Source: Methanocaldococcus sp. 16A (GTDB lineage Archaea; AGJL01; Methanococci; Methanococcales; Methanocaldococcaceae). Taken from it: 64,000 nucleotides of DNA. The DNA is taken from NCBI GenBank assembly GCA_049860595.1, contig CP187551.1; one strand, 5' to 3'. The notes below the pieces were generated by a model that saw nothing but the letters and a program-made list of their open reading frames with translations, was not told where the DNA came from and made no database searches. Position 1 is the first letter of the stretch; each line of letters begins with the position of its first letter. Positions 53,173 through 64,000 of this stretch are shown here, in pieces. Made by a program: the position numbers and the translations under genes.

Positions 53173-53256
53173 TTTGAAGATAATGGTTTCAAAACTTCCT
53201 TAATACATATAAACAGTCAATTCTAAATTCAACATATAAACTGTAAAAGTCCCTAT
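53173..53256. repeat. Partial MITE-like repeat overlapping the polB stop codon
   Basis: Degenerate hairpin TTTGAAG...TTTCAAA and right end ATATAAACTGTAAAAGTCCCTAT. Confidence 0.6.
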
Positions 53257-56200
53257 TTAAAAAACTTATCTAAAGTTAATTGAGCCCCTTCTTTCTTTAA
53301 CTCATTTTTTGAAACTCCTACAGCCTCCATAATTCTCAAAACTGGAGGCAAAATTTGATTGTCTATATAATAATTTACATCTACATCATCAATATCTACT
53401 TCTTCTGGAAGCTTTGCTCTCTCACTTATGGATTTAGTTCCTTTAACTATTATATAGCCAATAATGTCTCCAACTTTAATTCTTTTCCCTTCTCTCATCA
53501 ATTTCTTAGCAATTTCAACATGAGGAGCTGTGGTTTTATACTCTTTAGGGTCTTTTGTTAGTTGAGTGTAAATTATTAAATCTTCTTTTTTTATTTTCTT
53601 TTCTCTTAAATCTTTAATAACATCTTGAATTATTTTTTTAGCTTTTTCTATGCTACCTTCAACTAATAATGATTCCAAAACCTTTCTTTGAGTTATCTTT
53701 GCTATGTTAGACCAATCCCTCCTAACGAACTCAAGACCTTTAACTGTAACTCTCCCATTTTCGTCAATTAAGGCATATCTTTTTTTGGTTACAAAGATAC
53801 CTCTTTTAAAGTAGCCTTCAAATTCTAACTCCATAGTTCCAGGCAGTTTTGAGTTTATGTATTCAACAAATTCTAAAGCTTTTTTTATTAACTCATTTTT
53901 GCTAATTTTTTCTTTCCAAATTGCATAGAAGCCGTCAGTATTATGAACTAAAATTCCATTTGCAAAGAATCTATGCGTATCTTCGACTTCAATATCATAA
54001 ACATAGTCATTGTAGTCAATTTCTTCCACTTTTATAACTCTAACTAAATCAAAATCAAGACCTAAGAAAGTTGATTTATATTTGCTGTTTGTTTTTAAAT
54101 GGTTTATAAGTTTTCTCTGCTTTCTTTCAATTAAAAATCCAACTCTTTCAGCGAATAACCACTTGTTTTTAATGAATATATGCATTGAATATGTCCCACT
54201 ATCTTTTTCAAGATATTTGTTGGAATTGTTCTCTTTAAATATGGAGTGTGAAATTCCTACAAGCCATAGGAGTTTCCTTATATTTTTTAACAGTTTCTCA
54301 TTAATGCTCGTTAGCCTAACGTCTGGATTTCTTCTTTTTATTATTACTGTCCCATCTGCACTAAAAAGACCTCTCAAAAATGCTTCAATATATCTTCTTC
54401 GTAATTTGTATAAAAACTTTGGAATTATCTTTCTGCCACTCTCATCTTTAAATACTCTCATAAACTTCACTAACTTCTTGCTCAAAATTTTGATATCTCC
54501 CTTTCTATGTTTTTCAAAGTAATAATTTGTAATAACCCCTGCCTTTTTAAGAGGTTCTAATACTTTCATAACTATTTCATCTCTATCAAGTCCTGCTGAC
54601 AACTTCAAGTAATATTTTGCACTATTTGTATTACCTCCCCAACTACCGTCTCCAATCAACAATCCAATTAATTCCCAAAACTTAACTCCTATATCTACAG
54701 CACAATCATTATCTTTTATTAACGCCCCATTCAGAGTTATTAAAGACTTTACAGTTTTTCCGATTTCACGAGGCTTAATTTCTATAAACCTATCTCCAAT
54801 TTTTTTCACATTCCTCTTAGTTTCGGTATTTAAGTAGCCAATTAGTGAATGGTCTTCGGTAACATCAACATACCAACTATTTGTAATCCATACTCTATAC
54901 ATCTTTTTTCTTGCTAAATGTCTCATAACATAAGGAACTTTTTTCCAAACCAGCTTACCATTATCATCTAATGTTAGTGCCTCAACATCTTGTAAAGTGC
55001 AATATTCTTTATCTCCAAGCTTATATTCAACATTCCTGAATAAATCTTTGATTTTTATAAATTTTATTTCTCCTTTTTCTCTAATTATTATTTCTGTATC
55101 TCCAGAAACGCTGTCCGCATAAATTACTTTAAATCCAAATTTTTCAGCTTCTTCCATTGTTTGTTGTATATATTTCCTACCTAAGTAAGTAACAACTTCT
55201 GCACATTCTCTGCTGTAAAATCTTGCTCTTGGGAAAGCTAAGTAACCATAGACGCTATTATGTGCATATATATTATTAACTAAGAAGTTTTCGTATTTTT
55301 CAACACTCAAATCATAGACGTATCCAGTGTATTCAAATTCTTCAACTTCTTTAACTTCATCAAGCATTAGGTCTTTAACTATTGGATAGTTTGGATTTAA
55401 CGTTAATTTATAGCCTTTATTTTTAACTGGTGTGAATCTTGTTGGAATTCCAAATAAGCTAAACAATAACATTAGCTGATGTAAATATTTTTCATCTTTA
55501 GCCATAAATGTTGTAGTCCCTTTATGAGAATTTTTCTTTGCCTTTAAAAATCCTTCTAAGAAGCTTTTTATAATATTTTCATCAGCTAAGAATATCTCTT
55601 CTGGAATATGCTTTTTCTCTTTATCTCCACATTTAAAGATATATTTTAAAACTAAATATACAATTTTGTTCTTCATTGTAACTTTATCTTTAGCTATAGA
55701 ACCAACTCCAAATGTATTTCTAAATACTTCTGCAATTTCTTTTTGATACTCTGGTAGGGATTTATATATGGAAACTTCATAAATAGTCTCATCCTTTCTT
55801 TTAAATTTCTTTAATCTTCCTTTACTAACAAAGAATCCTAAGAATTTGGCTAAATTCTCATCTAATTTTATAATAGCGTTTATCTTTCCACTAAATGCTC
55901 CTATTTCACAATCTTCAAACTCCTTATCTGGAATATATGGGATAAGTTCCTTTACCTTCATATATTGTATATTACAACTATTATCTTTAAATGTTCCATA
56001 ATTTACGAATGTCTCAATGTATTTTTTGTAGATTTTGAATTTCTCCTCATCTAATATCTTCACATCTATTTTATTTATTTGAGTGATAATATTATAATCT
56101 ATTAACTCAAGATTTCTCAAATATTCAATACAGTCATCAAAAACAACTTTTAATTTATTCATCTCAATATCTTCAATAGTTTTCTTCAATCTAACTAAAA

Positions 56201-58223
56201 AATCTTTATTTTTATGCTTTGTTATGGTTAAATCTTTAATTTCTTCTTCATCAACATTAATTAACCTTTTTGGTATATTTATAAGAATTTCCTTTTTATT
56301 AACAAATTTTAACTTTCTTGGAACAATTATTAAATCTCCAGGCTTTATTTCATCTCCCCTAACACATACAGGTCTTCCTTTTTCATATTTGAATAAGCTA
56401 TGGTCTTCCGTTACTTTTATTGTTCTACCAGACCTCAACTTTATTTTATAAGCTTTTCCAGAGTATGGATGCCTAATTAACGCTTTAACTCTATTTATTG
56501 AGCATTTTTTAGTTTTTCTATTGAATGAATATGTTTTTAGATTATCAACCTCTAAGATTTCACTAAGTTTAACATATTTAATCTTCTCTCTATGCTTTCT
56601 CATTAAATTATCTATATATTCTCCAATCTTTACCACTTTTACTCCATCATCTTCTATTATTGTTAAATATTCATCAGGTAGAATACTATTAGCTAAAATT
56701 TTTAATGATTTCTGCTCATAATCTAAAAGTTTATATTCTTCATAGGAATCTTTAATTTCTTCCAATTCTTTCATTTTTTTCTTAATGTTTATTCTTCTTT
56801 CAATTAAATTTCTTAAAGATTTAGGAATTAATCCTTCTTTCTTTTTACAAAACCAATGCCTTAAGATTTTTTCACTACTATCTTTACAACACTCACAATC
56901 TAAGGTTTCTGGGCTTATATTGTAGGAAATAATTATTGATGGATATAATGACCTAAAATCCATTGAGATAATATCTTCAAACATCCCTTTTTCAGGTTCT
57001 TTGACATAACCTCCTTCGTAAGTTGTTAATAATCTTCTTTTATACTCTTCTTCATCTGGTTTATTAGGAATCATCATATTTTCTTTAAATGCATTTTTCA
57101 TTAGTAGATATTCAACCATTTGCCCAGAAGTCATTCTTGTAATCCCAAATAGGGTTTGATTAACAATTCTTGAGAACATAGTTTCCAATGGGAAGAAATA
57201 ATTTCCTATTTTGTATGTGTATTTAGCATCTTGTAGGGAATATTCTATTAGAGTTTTATCATTATTTATCCAATAATCTACAATCTTTGTGTGAGGGATT
57301 TTTAGCTTTTCAATTCCAAATAAATTATAGACAACGTCTTCCAAAGTGTATTTTGTTAATTTTAACAATCTTCTTGATATTGGATATAAATCAATATGAA
57401 CTCTACCTGGAATGTAGCTTCTATATTCCATCCCCCCTCTTTTTATTTTCAATTCTTCCCCATCTCTTCCCAAATTAACATCTATTCCATAAAGCTTAGC
57501 CCTAGCCTTTAAATAAGGAAAATCAAAGTTATCTCCGTTGTATGTGTAGATTATATCATACTGCTTTAGCGTTTCAATGATTCTTTTAATTAACATCTTC
57601 TCATTTTCAACTACTTCTATATTTGGATGGTCAAATTCTTTGTAAGTTATAACCTTCCCTCCATTTTCATCCCAAAAGCTTGCCATTAAAATAGGGTCAT
57701 CTTCTGGATTAGGTTCAGTATCCCTATTATAAACTTCCATATCAAAAGCTACTGCTTTTAATTTGGGAATCTCAATGCTTACAGGTTTTTTATTTTCAAA
57801 ATCCCAATATGTCATTGGAATTATTTTATTATCTATTAGATATCTCTTAGCAAATGGAATATCATGCTCATAAATCTCTTTAACAATCTCACAATCTTTA
57901 ATTTTTCTAAGCTTTGGAACTTTTTGTGGATGAGTAGCTATAATTTTAATTACTTCCTTTTCCTTTCTAAGAATAGTTTTTTTGACAACTTCAAAATTTT
58001 CAACAAACTTTAGTAAATCATTTTTTAAAAGAAACTCTTTTATTGTCTTAATATCTTCATCATTAACTTTATCTTTATTTAATTCAACGTAAAAATATGG
58101 CTTAAAATCTCTATCTTTTAAAATAGAGTTAATTAAATAGAGATAAATAACTGCCTTATCATCAACAGTTTTATAGGTGTTGTCTATCAAAGCATCAATT
58201 TTTATCTTATTTAATTTTCCCAT
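53253..58223 (-). CDS. polB: Family B DNA polymerase with two inteins
   Basis: Exo motifs FDMEV and YNGDNFD; pol motifs [23 protein letters not shown] and KKRYA; PIP box QLTLDKFF. Confidence 0.97.
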   Translation of the reverse strand: MGKLNKIKIDALIDNTYKTVDDKAVIYLYLINSILKDRDFKPYFYVELNKDKVNDEDIKTIKEFLLKNDLLKFVENFEVVKKTILRKEKEVIKIIATHPQKVPKLRKIKDCEIVKEIYEHDIPFAKRYLIDNKIIPMTYWDFENKKPVSIEIPKLKAVAFDMEVYNRDTEPNPEDDPILMASFWDENGGKVITYKEFDHPNIEVVENEKMLIKRIIETLKQYDIIYTYNGDNFDFPYLKARAKLYGIDVNLGRDGEELKIKRGGMEYRSYIPGRVHIDLYPISRRLLKLTKYTLEDVVYNLFGIEKLKIPHTKIVDYWINNDKTLIEYSLQDAKYTYKIGNYFFPLETMFSRIVNQTLFGITRMTSGQMVEYLLMKNAFKENMMIPNKPDEEEYKRRLLTTYEGGYVKEPEKGMFEDIISMDFRSLYPSIIISYNISPETLDCECCKDSSEKILRHWFCKKKEGLIPKSLRNLIERRINIKKKMKELEEIKDSYEEYKLLDYEQKSLKILANSILPDEYLTIIEDDGVKVVKIGEYIDNLMRKHREKIKYVKLSEILEVDNLKTYSFNRKTKKCSINRVKALIRHPYSGKAYKIKLRSGRTIKVTEDHSLFKYEKGRPVCVRGDEIKPGDLIIVPRKLKFVNKKEILINIPKRLINVDEEEIKDLTITKHKNKDFLVRLKKTIEDIEMNKLKVVFDDCIEYLRNLELIDYNIITQINKIDVKILDEEKFKIYKKYIETFVNYGTFKDNSCNIQYMKVKELIPYIPDKEFEDCEIGAFSGKINAIIKLDENLAKFLGFFVSKGRLKKFKRKDETIYEVSIYKSLPEYQKEIAEVFRNTFGVGSIAKDKVTMKNKIVYLVLKYIFKCGDKEKKHIPEEIFLADENIIKSFLEGFLKAKKNSHKGTTTFMAKDEKYLHQLMLLFSLFGIPTRFTPVKNKGYKLTLNPNYPIVKDLMLDEVKEVEEFEYTGYVYDLSVEKYENFLVNNIYAHNSVYGYLAFPRARFYSRECAEVVTYLGRKYIQQTMEEAEKFGFKVIYADSVSGDTEIIIREKGEIKFIKIKDLFRNVEYKLGDKEYCTLQDVEALTLDDNGKLVWKKVPYVMRHLARKKMYRVWITNSWYVDVTEDHSLIGYLNTETKRNVKKIGDRFIEIKPREIGKTVKSLITLNGALIKDNDCAVDIGVKFWELIGLLIGDGSWGGNTNSAKYYLKLSAGLDRDEIVMKVLEPLKKAGVITNYYFEKHRKGDIKILSKKLVKFMRVFKDESGRKIIPKFLYKLRRRYIEAFLRGLFSADGTVIIKRRNPDVRLTSINEKLLKNIRKLLWLVGISHSIFKENNSNKYLEKDSGTYSMHIFIKNKWLFAERVGFLIERKQRKLINHLKTNSKYKSTFLGLDFDLVRVIKVEEIDYNDYVYDIEVEDTHRFFANGILVHNTDGFYAIWKEKISKNELIKKALEFVEYINSKLPGTMELEFEGYFKRGIFVTKKRYALIDENGRVTVKGLEFVRRDWSNIAKITQRKVLESLLVEGSIEKAKKIIQDVIKDLREKKIKKEDLIIYTQLTKDPKEYKTTAPHVEIAKKLMREGKRIKVGDIIGYIIVKGTKSISERAKLPEEVDIDDVDVNYYIDNQILPPVLRIMEAVGVSKNELKKEGAQLTLDKFFK
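53940..55112 (-). mobile_element. PolB intein at the pol-c site (391 aa) with intact LAGLIDADG endonuclease motifs
   Basis: Junctions VIYAD|SVSGD and ILVHN|TDGF; motifs LIGLLIGDG and [10 protein letters not shown]. Confidence 0.95.
55257..56687 (-). mobile_element. PolB intein at the pol-b site (477 aa) with degenerate endonuclease
   Basis: Junctions KILAN|SILPDE and IYAHN|SVYG; LAGLIDADG motifs decayed to FLGFFVSKG and FLEGFLKAK. Confidence 0.95.
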
Positions 58224-60070
58224 ATAATATCCCCACAATTTTGTGGTTTTTTAAATGGTAATTTAGCTTTTTTTAAGGCATCAATAAATTTTTTAACATC
58301 TTTGTCATTAAATCTTTCTTTTCTAATTAAGAAGTCATAGTGTTCATTAGCTAATGGAATAAAAGCTAAATTATACTGCTCTGCAACCGTCTTTATTCCC
58401 AAACCAATATCTGCCTTTTTCATTGCTATGGCTGTAGCAACTGCTGAATGAGTTTTTGCCTCTATATTGTAACCTTTAATCTCTTTTGGATTAATTCTAT
58501 TTTCTTTCAAAAATTTATCAAACAGTATTCTTGTTCCAGAGCCTTTATTTCTATTTATAAACTCTAAGTTATAAATATTTTCTATAATTTCCTCAATTGA
58601 ATTAAAGTTTAATTCTTTCCTAAACATAAATCCCTGCTCTCTAATATAGCCTCTAATTAATACAGCATCTTTAATTTTATATCTCTCTAAGAATGGGATA
58701 TTATAAATGTTTGTTTTTTCATCCAACAAATGAATTCCTGCTATATCTGCTTCTCCTCTTTTTATCGCTAATAATCCTCCTAAAGAACCAACATTTATTG
58801 TCTTTGCCAATATTTTTGCCTCTTTTAAAATTATATCAACTCCAATACAATGACTGCCAATAATATTTAATCCAACTTTAACATCTCCAAACAAATGGAC
58901 TTCAACTTCTTCATTTTCCAAAATCTCTTTATTTTCATCTATAATGATATATCCATCTGCCTCTGATAGTGAAGTTATGGCTCCACTTCCTTTAGTTATT
59001 GGATAAGCTGAATAGCCGTTTTTATGCTTAACTAAGATGACTGGCAAATATTCAACTCTCCCTTTTGCTGATATATATCTTTGTGGGAACTCTGCCCTTA
59101 TAACATTTTTTTCATTCCCAAATAGAACATCAAATATTGTTAAGCATGATGTAGGATAACCAGGCAATCCGACAATTAATTTATCTTTTATTTTTCCAAT
59201 TATCGTTGGTTTTCCAGGCTTTATTTTTATTCCATGAACTAAAATTTCTCCTCCCAATTCTTTTATAGCTGTTTCAGTTAAATCCCCTACACCAGCAGAC
59301 GTTCCTCCACTTAATAAGACTATATCACATTTTAAAGCTTTTTTAATCTTCTCTTTTAAATCTTCTTTATCATCTTTAGCAATTCCAAAGAATTCAAAAT
59401 CATAGCCAAGATTTTTTATATATGAAGCTAATGTATATGTGTTTATATCATAGATTTTTCCGAACTCTAATGGTTTTTCTGGGCTTATAATCTCATTTCC
59501 TGTAGAGATGATTCCAAATTTTAGTTTTTTATAGACCTTAATCTTATTTTTTCCTATAGCTGATAACACTCCAATATCTCCTGGTGTTAATGTAGTGTGT
59601 TTTCTTAAAATTAGCTCACCAGCCATTATATCTGAGCCAGTGAATTGGATATTTTCCATAGGAGGAACAGCTTTGTATATTTTAACTTTATCATTATCCC
59701 TTTCAGTGTATTCAACCATAACAACAGCATTAGCTCCTTTTGGGATTATTGCTCCAGTGGCTATCTCAACACACTCTCCATTATTTATTTCTAAGTCTTT
59801 AATCTCCCCAGCTTTTAAACTGCCTATAACCTTTAACTCTATTGGATTGTCTTCATCTGCATCATAAGTATCTTCTGCTTTAACAGCATATCCATCCATC
59901 TTTGCCCTATCATAAGGTGGAACATCTATCTCTGAAAAAATATCTTCAGCTAAAACTCTTCCAATGGCTTTGAATAAATCAACTTCTTCAATTTCATTTT
60001 TTAATCTTTCTAAATGCTCATTTATTATAGATTTCACTTCTTCAATGCTATGTAATGTCAAATATCTCAT
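58211..60070 (-). CDS. moeA: Molybdopterin molybdenumtransferase MoeA fused to a PBP-type substrate-binding domain
   Basis: PP.DRA.MDGYA, STGNE, SGGTS.G, KPGKP and LPGYP motifs; C-terminal GSH..G..GS..GL and NR..GSGTR. Confidence 0.93.
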   Translation of the reverse strand: MRYLTLHSIEEVKSIINEHLERLKNEIEEVDLFKAIGRVLAEDIFSEIDVPPYDRAKMDGYAVKAEDTYDADEDNPIELKVIGSLKAGEIKDLEINNGECVEIATGAIIPKGANAVVMVEYTERDNDKVKIYKAVPPMENIQFTGSDIMAGELILRKHTTLTPGDIGVLSAIGKNKIKVYKKLKFGIISTGNEIISPEKPLEFGKIYDINTYTLASYIKNLGYDFEFFGIAKDDKEDLKEKIKKALKCDIVLLSGGTSAGVGDLTETAIKELGGEILVHGIKIKPGKPTIIGKIKDKLIVGLPGYPTSCLTIFDVLFGNEKNVIRAEFPQRYISAKGRVEYLPVILVKHKNGYSAYPITKGSGAITSLSEADGYIIIDENKEILENEEVEVHLFGDVKVGLNIIGSHCIGVDIILKEAKILAKTINVGSLGGLLAIKRGEADIAGIHLLDEKTNIYNIPFLERYKIKDAVLIRGYIREQGFMFRKELNFNSIEEIIENIYNLEFINRNKGSGTRILFDKFLKENRINPKEIKGYNIEAKTHSAVATAIAMKKADIGLGIKTVAEQYNLAFIPLANEHYDFLIRKERFNDKDVKKFIDALKKAKLPFKKPQNCGDIIWEN

Positions 60071-60729
60071 AAACATCTCCTCTTTACTAAAAATCTTCCA
60101 GCTGATGAATGCTTAGGCAGTATTTCAATTCCTAAGCTTTTTAAGTAATTCTTTGTAAAGGTGTTGTTTCCATGAATGAATATCTCTCCTAAGTCCTCTG
60201 GTGTGTTGATATCAACAGAGATTAAAAAGGAATCATAAATGTAATATTTTAAATTTCTTTTTTTTGCCTCTTCTAAATGTTTTAAAAAGCTAAAACCTTC
60301 ATATTTCATTTCAATCAAATTTTTTGACTTTAAATATAATAGATTAGTTCCTCCTCCTCTTGATGGGGCTATAATTATATCATAGCTATGAGAAAGTTTT
60401 AAAATATCCTCAATATGCTTTTTTTTAATTAAAGGAATATCGGCTGGAATAATAATAACTTCATTATCTTCAATCTCATTAAATGCTTGTTTTATTGCAT
60501 TGTTTAATCCTTTATATTTTTCTTTAATAATCTCAGCTTTTAATTTATTTTTAGCAAAATCCAATATTTCTTCATCTCTACTAACAACAACTACCTCTAA
60601 ACCTTCTAAAGCTTTTCTAATATCTTTAAGCATATTTAATAACAAATTTTTTCTCTCTTCATTGCTCAAAAACTCTGATAATCTGGTTTTTAGTGAATTT
60701 ATTGGTGAGACGGGAATTATTACCTTCAT
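60067..60729 (-). CDS. cofC: 2-phospho-L-lactate/PEP guanylyltransferase (F420 biosynthesis)
   Basis: IPV....KTRLS, GLN.A, ADIPL, GGTN, SF..H and DI.TPEDL motifs. Confidence 0.92.
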   Translation of the reverse strand: MKVIIPVSPINSLKTRLSEFLSNEERKNLLLNMLKDIRKALEGLEVVVVSRDEEILDFAKNKLKAEIIKEKYKGLNNAIKQAFNEIEDNEVIIIPADIPLIKKKHIEDILKLSHSYDIIIAPSRGGGTNLLYLKSKNLIEMKYEGFSFLKHLEEAKKRNLKYYIYDSFLISVDINTPEDLGEIFIHGNNTFTKNYLKSLGIEILPKHSSAGRFLVKRRCL

Positions 60730-60738
60730 ACTCTCTCC

Positions 60739-61359
60739 TTATAAAAATAATTTTGCATATTCAAAAGCCATTCTATCGCCAATATCTCCATGCCCAGGAT
60801 ATAATTTATCTATATTTCTTTTATTAGCTATTCTTTCTAACATATTTATTGAATTTCTTAGTTCAATAACATTTCCAGTAGGTAAGTCCCATCTTCCAAC
60901 TCCATAGGAAAAGATTGTGTCTCCAGTTATTAAATTATTCTTATAGATTATTGAGATAGAGCCATAAGTATGTCCTGGAGTTCTTATAACCTCTAAATCA
61001 TAATTTTTTAGCTCTTCCTCAACTTCAGATAAAGGAATTATTTCTTTTGGTGGATTGAGTTTAGCTCCAAATAAGGATGATACAGTAACTTCATCTCCAT
61101 TTTTTAAATGCTTAACTTCTTTATCTTCTATTATTGTTGGGCAGTTAAAATGCTCCTCAATCAAATAATCTGCTGATGAGTGGTCAAAATGGCAATGAGT
61201 ATTTATTATTAAGTCAATATTTTTTATATTGTTTCTTTCTAACTCTTCCATTAATATATTGAATGTTCCTGAAATGCCAGGGTCTATTAGGATATTTTTC
61301 TTTCCAATTATTAGGTAAGAGTTTGAGCTATAGCCATATCCATTAAGCTTTAGAATCAT
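60739..61359 (-). CDS. Metallo-beta-lactamase fold hydrolase
   Basis: THCHFDH, TPGHT, TGD and PGHG motifs. Confidence 0.9.
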   Translation of the reverse strand: MILKLNGYGYSSNSYLIIGKKNILIDPGISGTFNILMEELERNNIKNIDLIINTHCHFDHSSADYLIEEHFNCPTIIEDKEVKHLKNGDEVTVSSLFGAKLNPPKEIIPLSEVEEELKNYDLEVIRTPGHTYGSISIIYKNNLITGDTIFSYGVGRWDLPTGNVIELRNSINMLERIANKRNIDKLYPGHGDIGDRMAFEYAKLFL

Positions 61360-61724
61360 TTTTCCACCAATTTCTTTTTGATTTTGATTAGAATATATAA
61401 TGCTTCTCCAATTTCTTTAATTCTATTAATTTCAATTTCCTCTTTTAATTTATCTGCTAAATAATTTATTTTTTCAGAGATTATGTTATTAATATTGTTC
61501 TCTTTTATTTCTCCATTTAAATATGTTTTTTCTTCAACTTTTTCAGATTTTTTAATTTCCTCTACTTTTTCTTCATTTCTTAATTTTTCACATATGACAC
61601 AGTATATTTTTCCATCTTTTTCTAATAAAGGATAACCGCACTTTGGACAATGTTTTGATAGCATCTTTGCTCCTTTTAATATTTCATTTGATATTAATTT
61701 TAATAATTTTTCATTATCTTTCAT
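61356..61724 (-). CDS. Zn-ribbon protein, Sjogren's/scleroderma autoantigen 1 (UPF0148) family
   Basis: LKGAKML..HCPKCG.PL....G..YC..C motif. Confidence 0.85.
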   Translation of the reverse strand: MKDNEKLLKLISNEILKGAKMLSKHCPKCGYPLLEKDGKIYCVICEKLRNEEKVEEIKKSEKVEEKTYLNGEIKENNINNIISEKINYLADKLKEEIEINRIKEIGEALYILIKIKKKLVEK

Positions 61725-61797
61725 ACTATCACGCAACTTACAGTTATTGTAACATATTCTATCTATGTGGATATTTATTTATTTGAGTAATGTCGCG

Positions 61798-61856
61798 TAC
61801 ATACATAAATTACCTACATAAACACCGATAAAACCGAATACGTAATAGATTACGCA
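61798..61856 (+). promoter_or_regulatory. Candidate EarA activator boxes upstream of the archaellin operon
   Basis: TACATA at 61798, 61802 and 61815; variants TACGTA (61839) and TACGCA (61851). TACATA is the EarA box I recall from Methanococcus maripaludis. Confidence 0.55.
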
Positions 61857-61977
61857 AAAAAAATATATTTTAAGATAATTACAGAATATATTGAAGTGGA
61901 TTGAGGGCTGTGTGGGGGGAAGTTGTATAGGGGGAATATATTATAACTAAATACTATATAAAATTAGGTGATAGAAG

Positions 61978-62955
61978 ATGAAACTATTAGAATTTTTAAG
62001 AGGTAAGAAAGGGGCGACTGGAATAGGGACATTAATAGTTTTCATAGCAATGGTATTAGTTGCTGCAGTTGCAGCAGCAGTATTAATCAATACAAGTGGA
62101 TTCCTCCAACAAAAAGCACAAGCGACTGGTGTAGAAAGTACTGAACAAGTAGCAAGTGGATTGAAGTGTGATGGTGTAACAGGGCACATATTTAAATTTG
62201 GAACATCATTCTACGATCTCGATAGAATGGCAATCTATATTTCACCAAACGCTGGAAGTGCTCCAATTGACTTAAAACAAGCAAAATTGTTTTTAACATA
62301 TGATGGAAAATCTGTTGTATTAAAAGCTGGAAATACACTTGATGCTACAGATGGGAAGACAGACATATTCAGTTTAACAAACGCATTTGAAATTAACTAT
62401 ACAAATGCAACATATCCAGTGACAGAGACAACCTTCACAAATGGTACAACAGATACAATAACAATTAAAACTAATAACCCAGTAGTAATGAGCATATTGA
62501 AAGGTTTAAATGTTGATGACATTGTAACTGTAAATACCAACGCAACAACTTTACTCAGTAGTGAATTTAAAGTAAGCAATATTAACTATGATGGAACATA
62601 CTACACCATTACATTAATAAACAACTCTGGTGATGGATTCGATATTGCTGGTAGTATTACTGCAGGAACTAATGACTGGGTCAAACTCAACGGAACAGCA
62701 GTATGGGGAGGAGCTGATGATAAGACCTTCCTTATAGTAGCATTACAAGATGCTGATAAATCAGTAGTTAATAACGGAGTTATCAACAAAGGAGATATTG
62801 TAGCAATCTTGGTAAACTCACAGGCAGCGCTTGGTGCAGAGATTCCTGAAAGAAGTAGAGTATCTGGTAAGTTACAGCCAGAGTTTGGAGCTCCTGCTAT
62901 AATAGAGTTCACAACTCCTGTAGCTTATACATCTGAAATTATGGAGTTACAATAA
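61978..62955 (+). CDS. flaB1: Archaellin with a large central insertion
   Basis: KKG|[29 protein letters not shown] and PEFGAP motifs. Confidence 0.95.
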   Translation: MKLLEFLRGKKGATGIGTLIVFIAMVLVAAVAAAVLINTSGFLQQKAQATGVESTEQVASGLKCDGVTGHIFKFGTSFYDLDRMAIYISPNAGSAPIDLKQAKLFLTYDGKSVVLKAGNTLDATDGKTDIFSLTNAFEINYTNATYPVTETTFTNGTTDTITIKTNNPVVMSILKGLNVDDIVTVNTNATTLLSSEFKVSNINYDGTYYTITLINNSGDGFDIAGSITAGTNDWVKLNGTAVWGGADDKTFLIVALQDADKSVVNNGVINKGDIVAILVNSQAALGAEIPERSRVSGKLQPEFGAPAIIEFTTPVAYTSEIMELQ

Positions 62956-63014
62956 ATTTGAAAATTTCATCTTAAATTCATAAGTTCTTAAAAAATGGTG
63001 TTGGGTGATAGAAG

Positions 63015-63668
63015 ATGAAACTATTAGAATTTTTAAGAGGTAAGAAAGGGGCGACTGGAATAGGGACATTAATAGTTTTCATAGCAATGGTATTAGTTGC
63101 TGCAGTTGCAGCAGCAGTATTAATCAATACAAGTGGATTCCTCCAACAAAAAGCATCAGCAACTGGTAAAGAAAGTACTGAGCAAGTAGCAAGTGGTATT
63201 CAAGTTCTTCAAGTTTTAGGTATGCATAATACATCAAATATTAACAAGACTGCAATCTTCATTTCACCAAACGCTGGAAGTGCTCCAATTGACTTAAGTC
63301 AAGTTGTAGTAACAATATCTGATGGTAAAGTAAAAAGAGTCTTAAAATACAATAAATCTGACGTAAATGACTACGCTGATATAACAACAGGAGGTAGCGT
63401 CTTTGATAGTAGCGTTTGGGATAACATTAAACCAAATGAATTTGGAATTATAGTAATACAAGATGCTGATGGTTCATGTAAACAAGACACTCCTGTAATT
63501 AATAAAGGAGATATTGTAGCAATAGCAATTAACACAACAGGATTAGATATGGGTCCAAGAAGTACAATAACTGGAGAAGTAGTTCCAGAGTTTGGAGCTC
63601 CAGGAATTATTTCATTTACTACACCTGCAACATACTTATCAGGTGAAGCAGTAATCCAATTACAATAA
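63015..63668 (+). CDS. flaB2: Archaellin
   Basis: Same class III signal peptide and archaellin motifs as flaB1. Confidence 0.95.
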   Translation: MKLLEFLRGKKGATGIGTLIVFIAMVLVAAVAAAVLINTSGFLQQKASATGKESTEQVASGIQVLQVLGMHNTSNINKTAIFISPNAGSAPIDLSQVVVTISDGKVKRVLKYNKSDVNDYADITTGGSVFDSSVWDNIKPNEFGIIVIQDADGSCKQDTPVINKGDIVAIAINTTGLDMGPRSTITGEVVPEFGAPGIISFTTPATYLSGEAVIQLQ

Positions 63669-63740
63669 GCTCCTTAACTTAATTTTTTTTAATTTTTAAT
63701 TCTAAGAAGAAAACTTATTTTATATTTGAGGTGGCCAAAT

Positions 63741-64000
63741 ATGTTGTTAAGATATCTTAAAAGTCGCCAAGGGGCGATTGGTATAGGTACGCTTATCATT
63801 TTCATTGCTTTAGTATTAGTTGCTGCAGTGGCAGCAGCGGTTATTATAAACACGGCAAGTAATTTGCAACACAAAGCTGCAAGAGTGGGGCAAGAAAGTA
63901 CTAAGCAAGTAGCAAGTGGTGTTCAAGTAGTGAAAGTTGTGGGGTATGCACCAAATAATAATGAAATAGGAAGCTTGATTATATTTGTATCTCCAAATAT
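63741..64000 (+). CDS. flaB3: Archaellin, third copy, 3' truncated by window edge
   Basis: [11 protein letters not shown]|[27 protein letters not shown]...; GAGGTGG RBS; missed by the ORF track because it has no stop in the window. Confidence 0.92.
   Translation, partial: MLLRYLKSRQGAIGIGTLIIFIALVLVAAVAAAVIINTASNLQHKAARVGQESTKQVASGVQVVKVVGYAPNNNEIGSLIIFVSPN

Noticed and set aside
232-63874. Many 60-146 aa ORFs antisense to or in alternative frames of core genes (e.g. 14969-15361, 23376-23747, 41203-41640, 54082-54522, 60500-60907, 61947-62189)
   Set aside because: Shadow ORFs overlapping confidently identified genes, with no family motifs.
1-64000. CRISPR array, integrase, transposase, att sites at the tRNAs, rRNA
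   Set aside because: No regularly spaced direct repeats, no recombinase or transposase motifs, no duplicated tRNA 3' end and no long GC-rich RNA gene were seen.

Overview
AT-rich archaeal chromosomal window from a hyperthermophilic methanogen. Gene order and protein sequences match my recollection of the Methanocaldococcus jannaschii MJ0831-MJ0893 region, so this is most likely another Methanocaldococcus species. Most of the window is core genome: intein-containing nrdD, an EppA/type IV pilin locus, mptB, tRNA-Thr and tRNA-Gln, priS, mfnF, mmp10, the mcrBDCGA and mtrEDCBAFGH operons, idsA/rnj/fni, hdrCB, a probable MCR Gln methyltransferase, radA, fsr, cfbC, argF, trm5b, rfcL, polB with two inteins, moeA, cofC and flaB1-3. 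Five things stand out. (1) A translationally coupled two-gene cassette of unknown function (46009-49187) lies between the MJ0882-like methyltransferase and trm5b; its second protein has five 32-aa repeats and a C-terminal CoiA-like PD-(D/E)XK motif. This is the best candidate for an undescribed system. (2) About 12 copies of a palindromic MITE-like intergenic repeat, some with 4-bp target-duplication-like flanks, supply stop codons to several genes. (3) Paired TGTG-N11-CACA palindromes bracket the fsr promoter. (4) The mcr and mmp10 promoters appear to face each other and overlap. (5) flaB1 and flaB2 share identical tracts, flaB1 carries a sequon-rich insert, and tRNA-Gln lacks one anticodon-stem base. 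All family assignments come from motif recognition and memory; no database searches were run.
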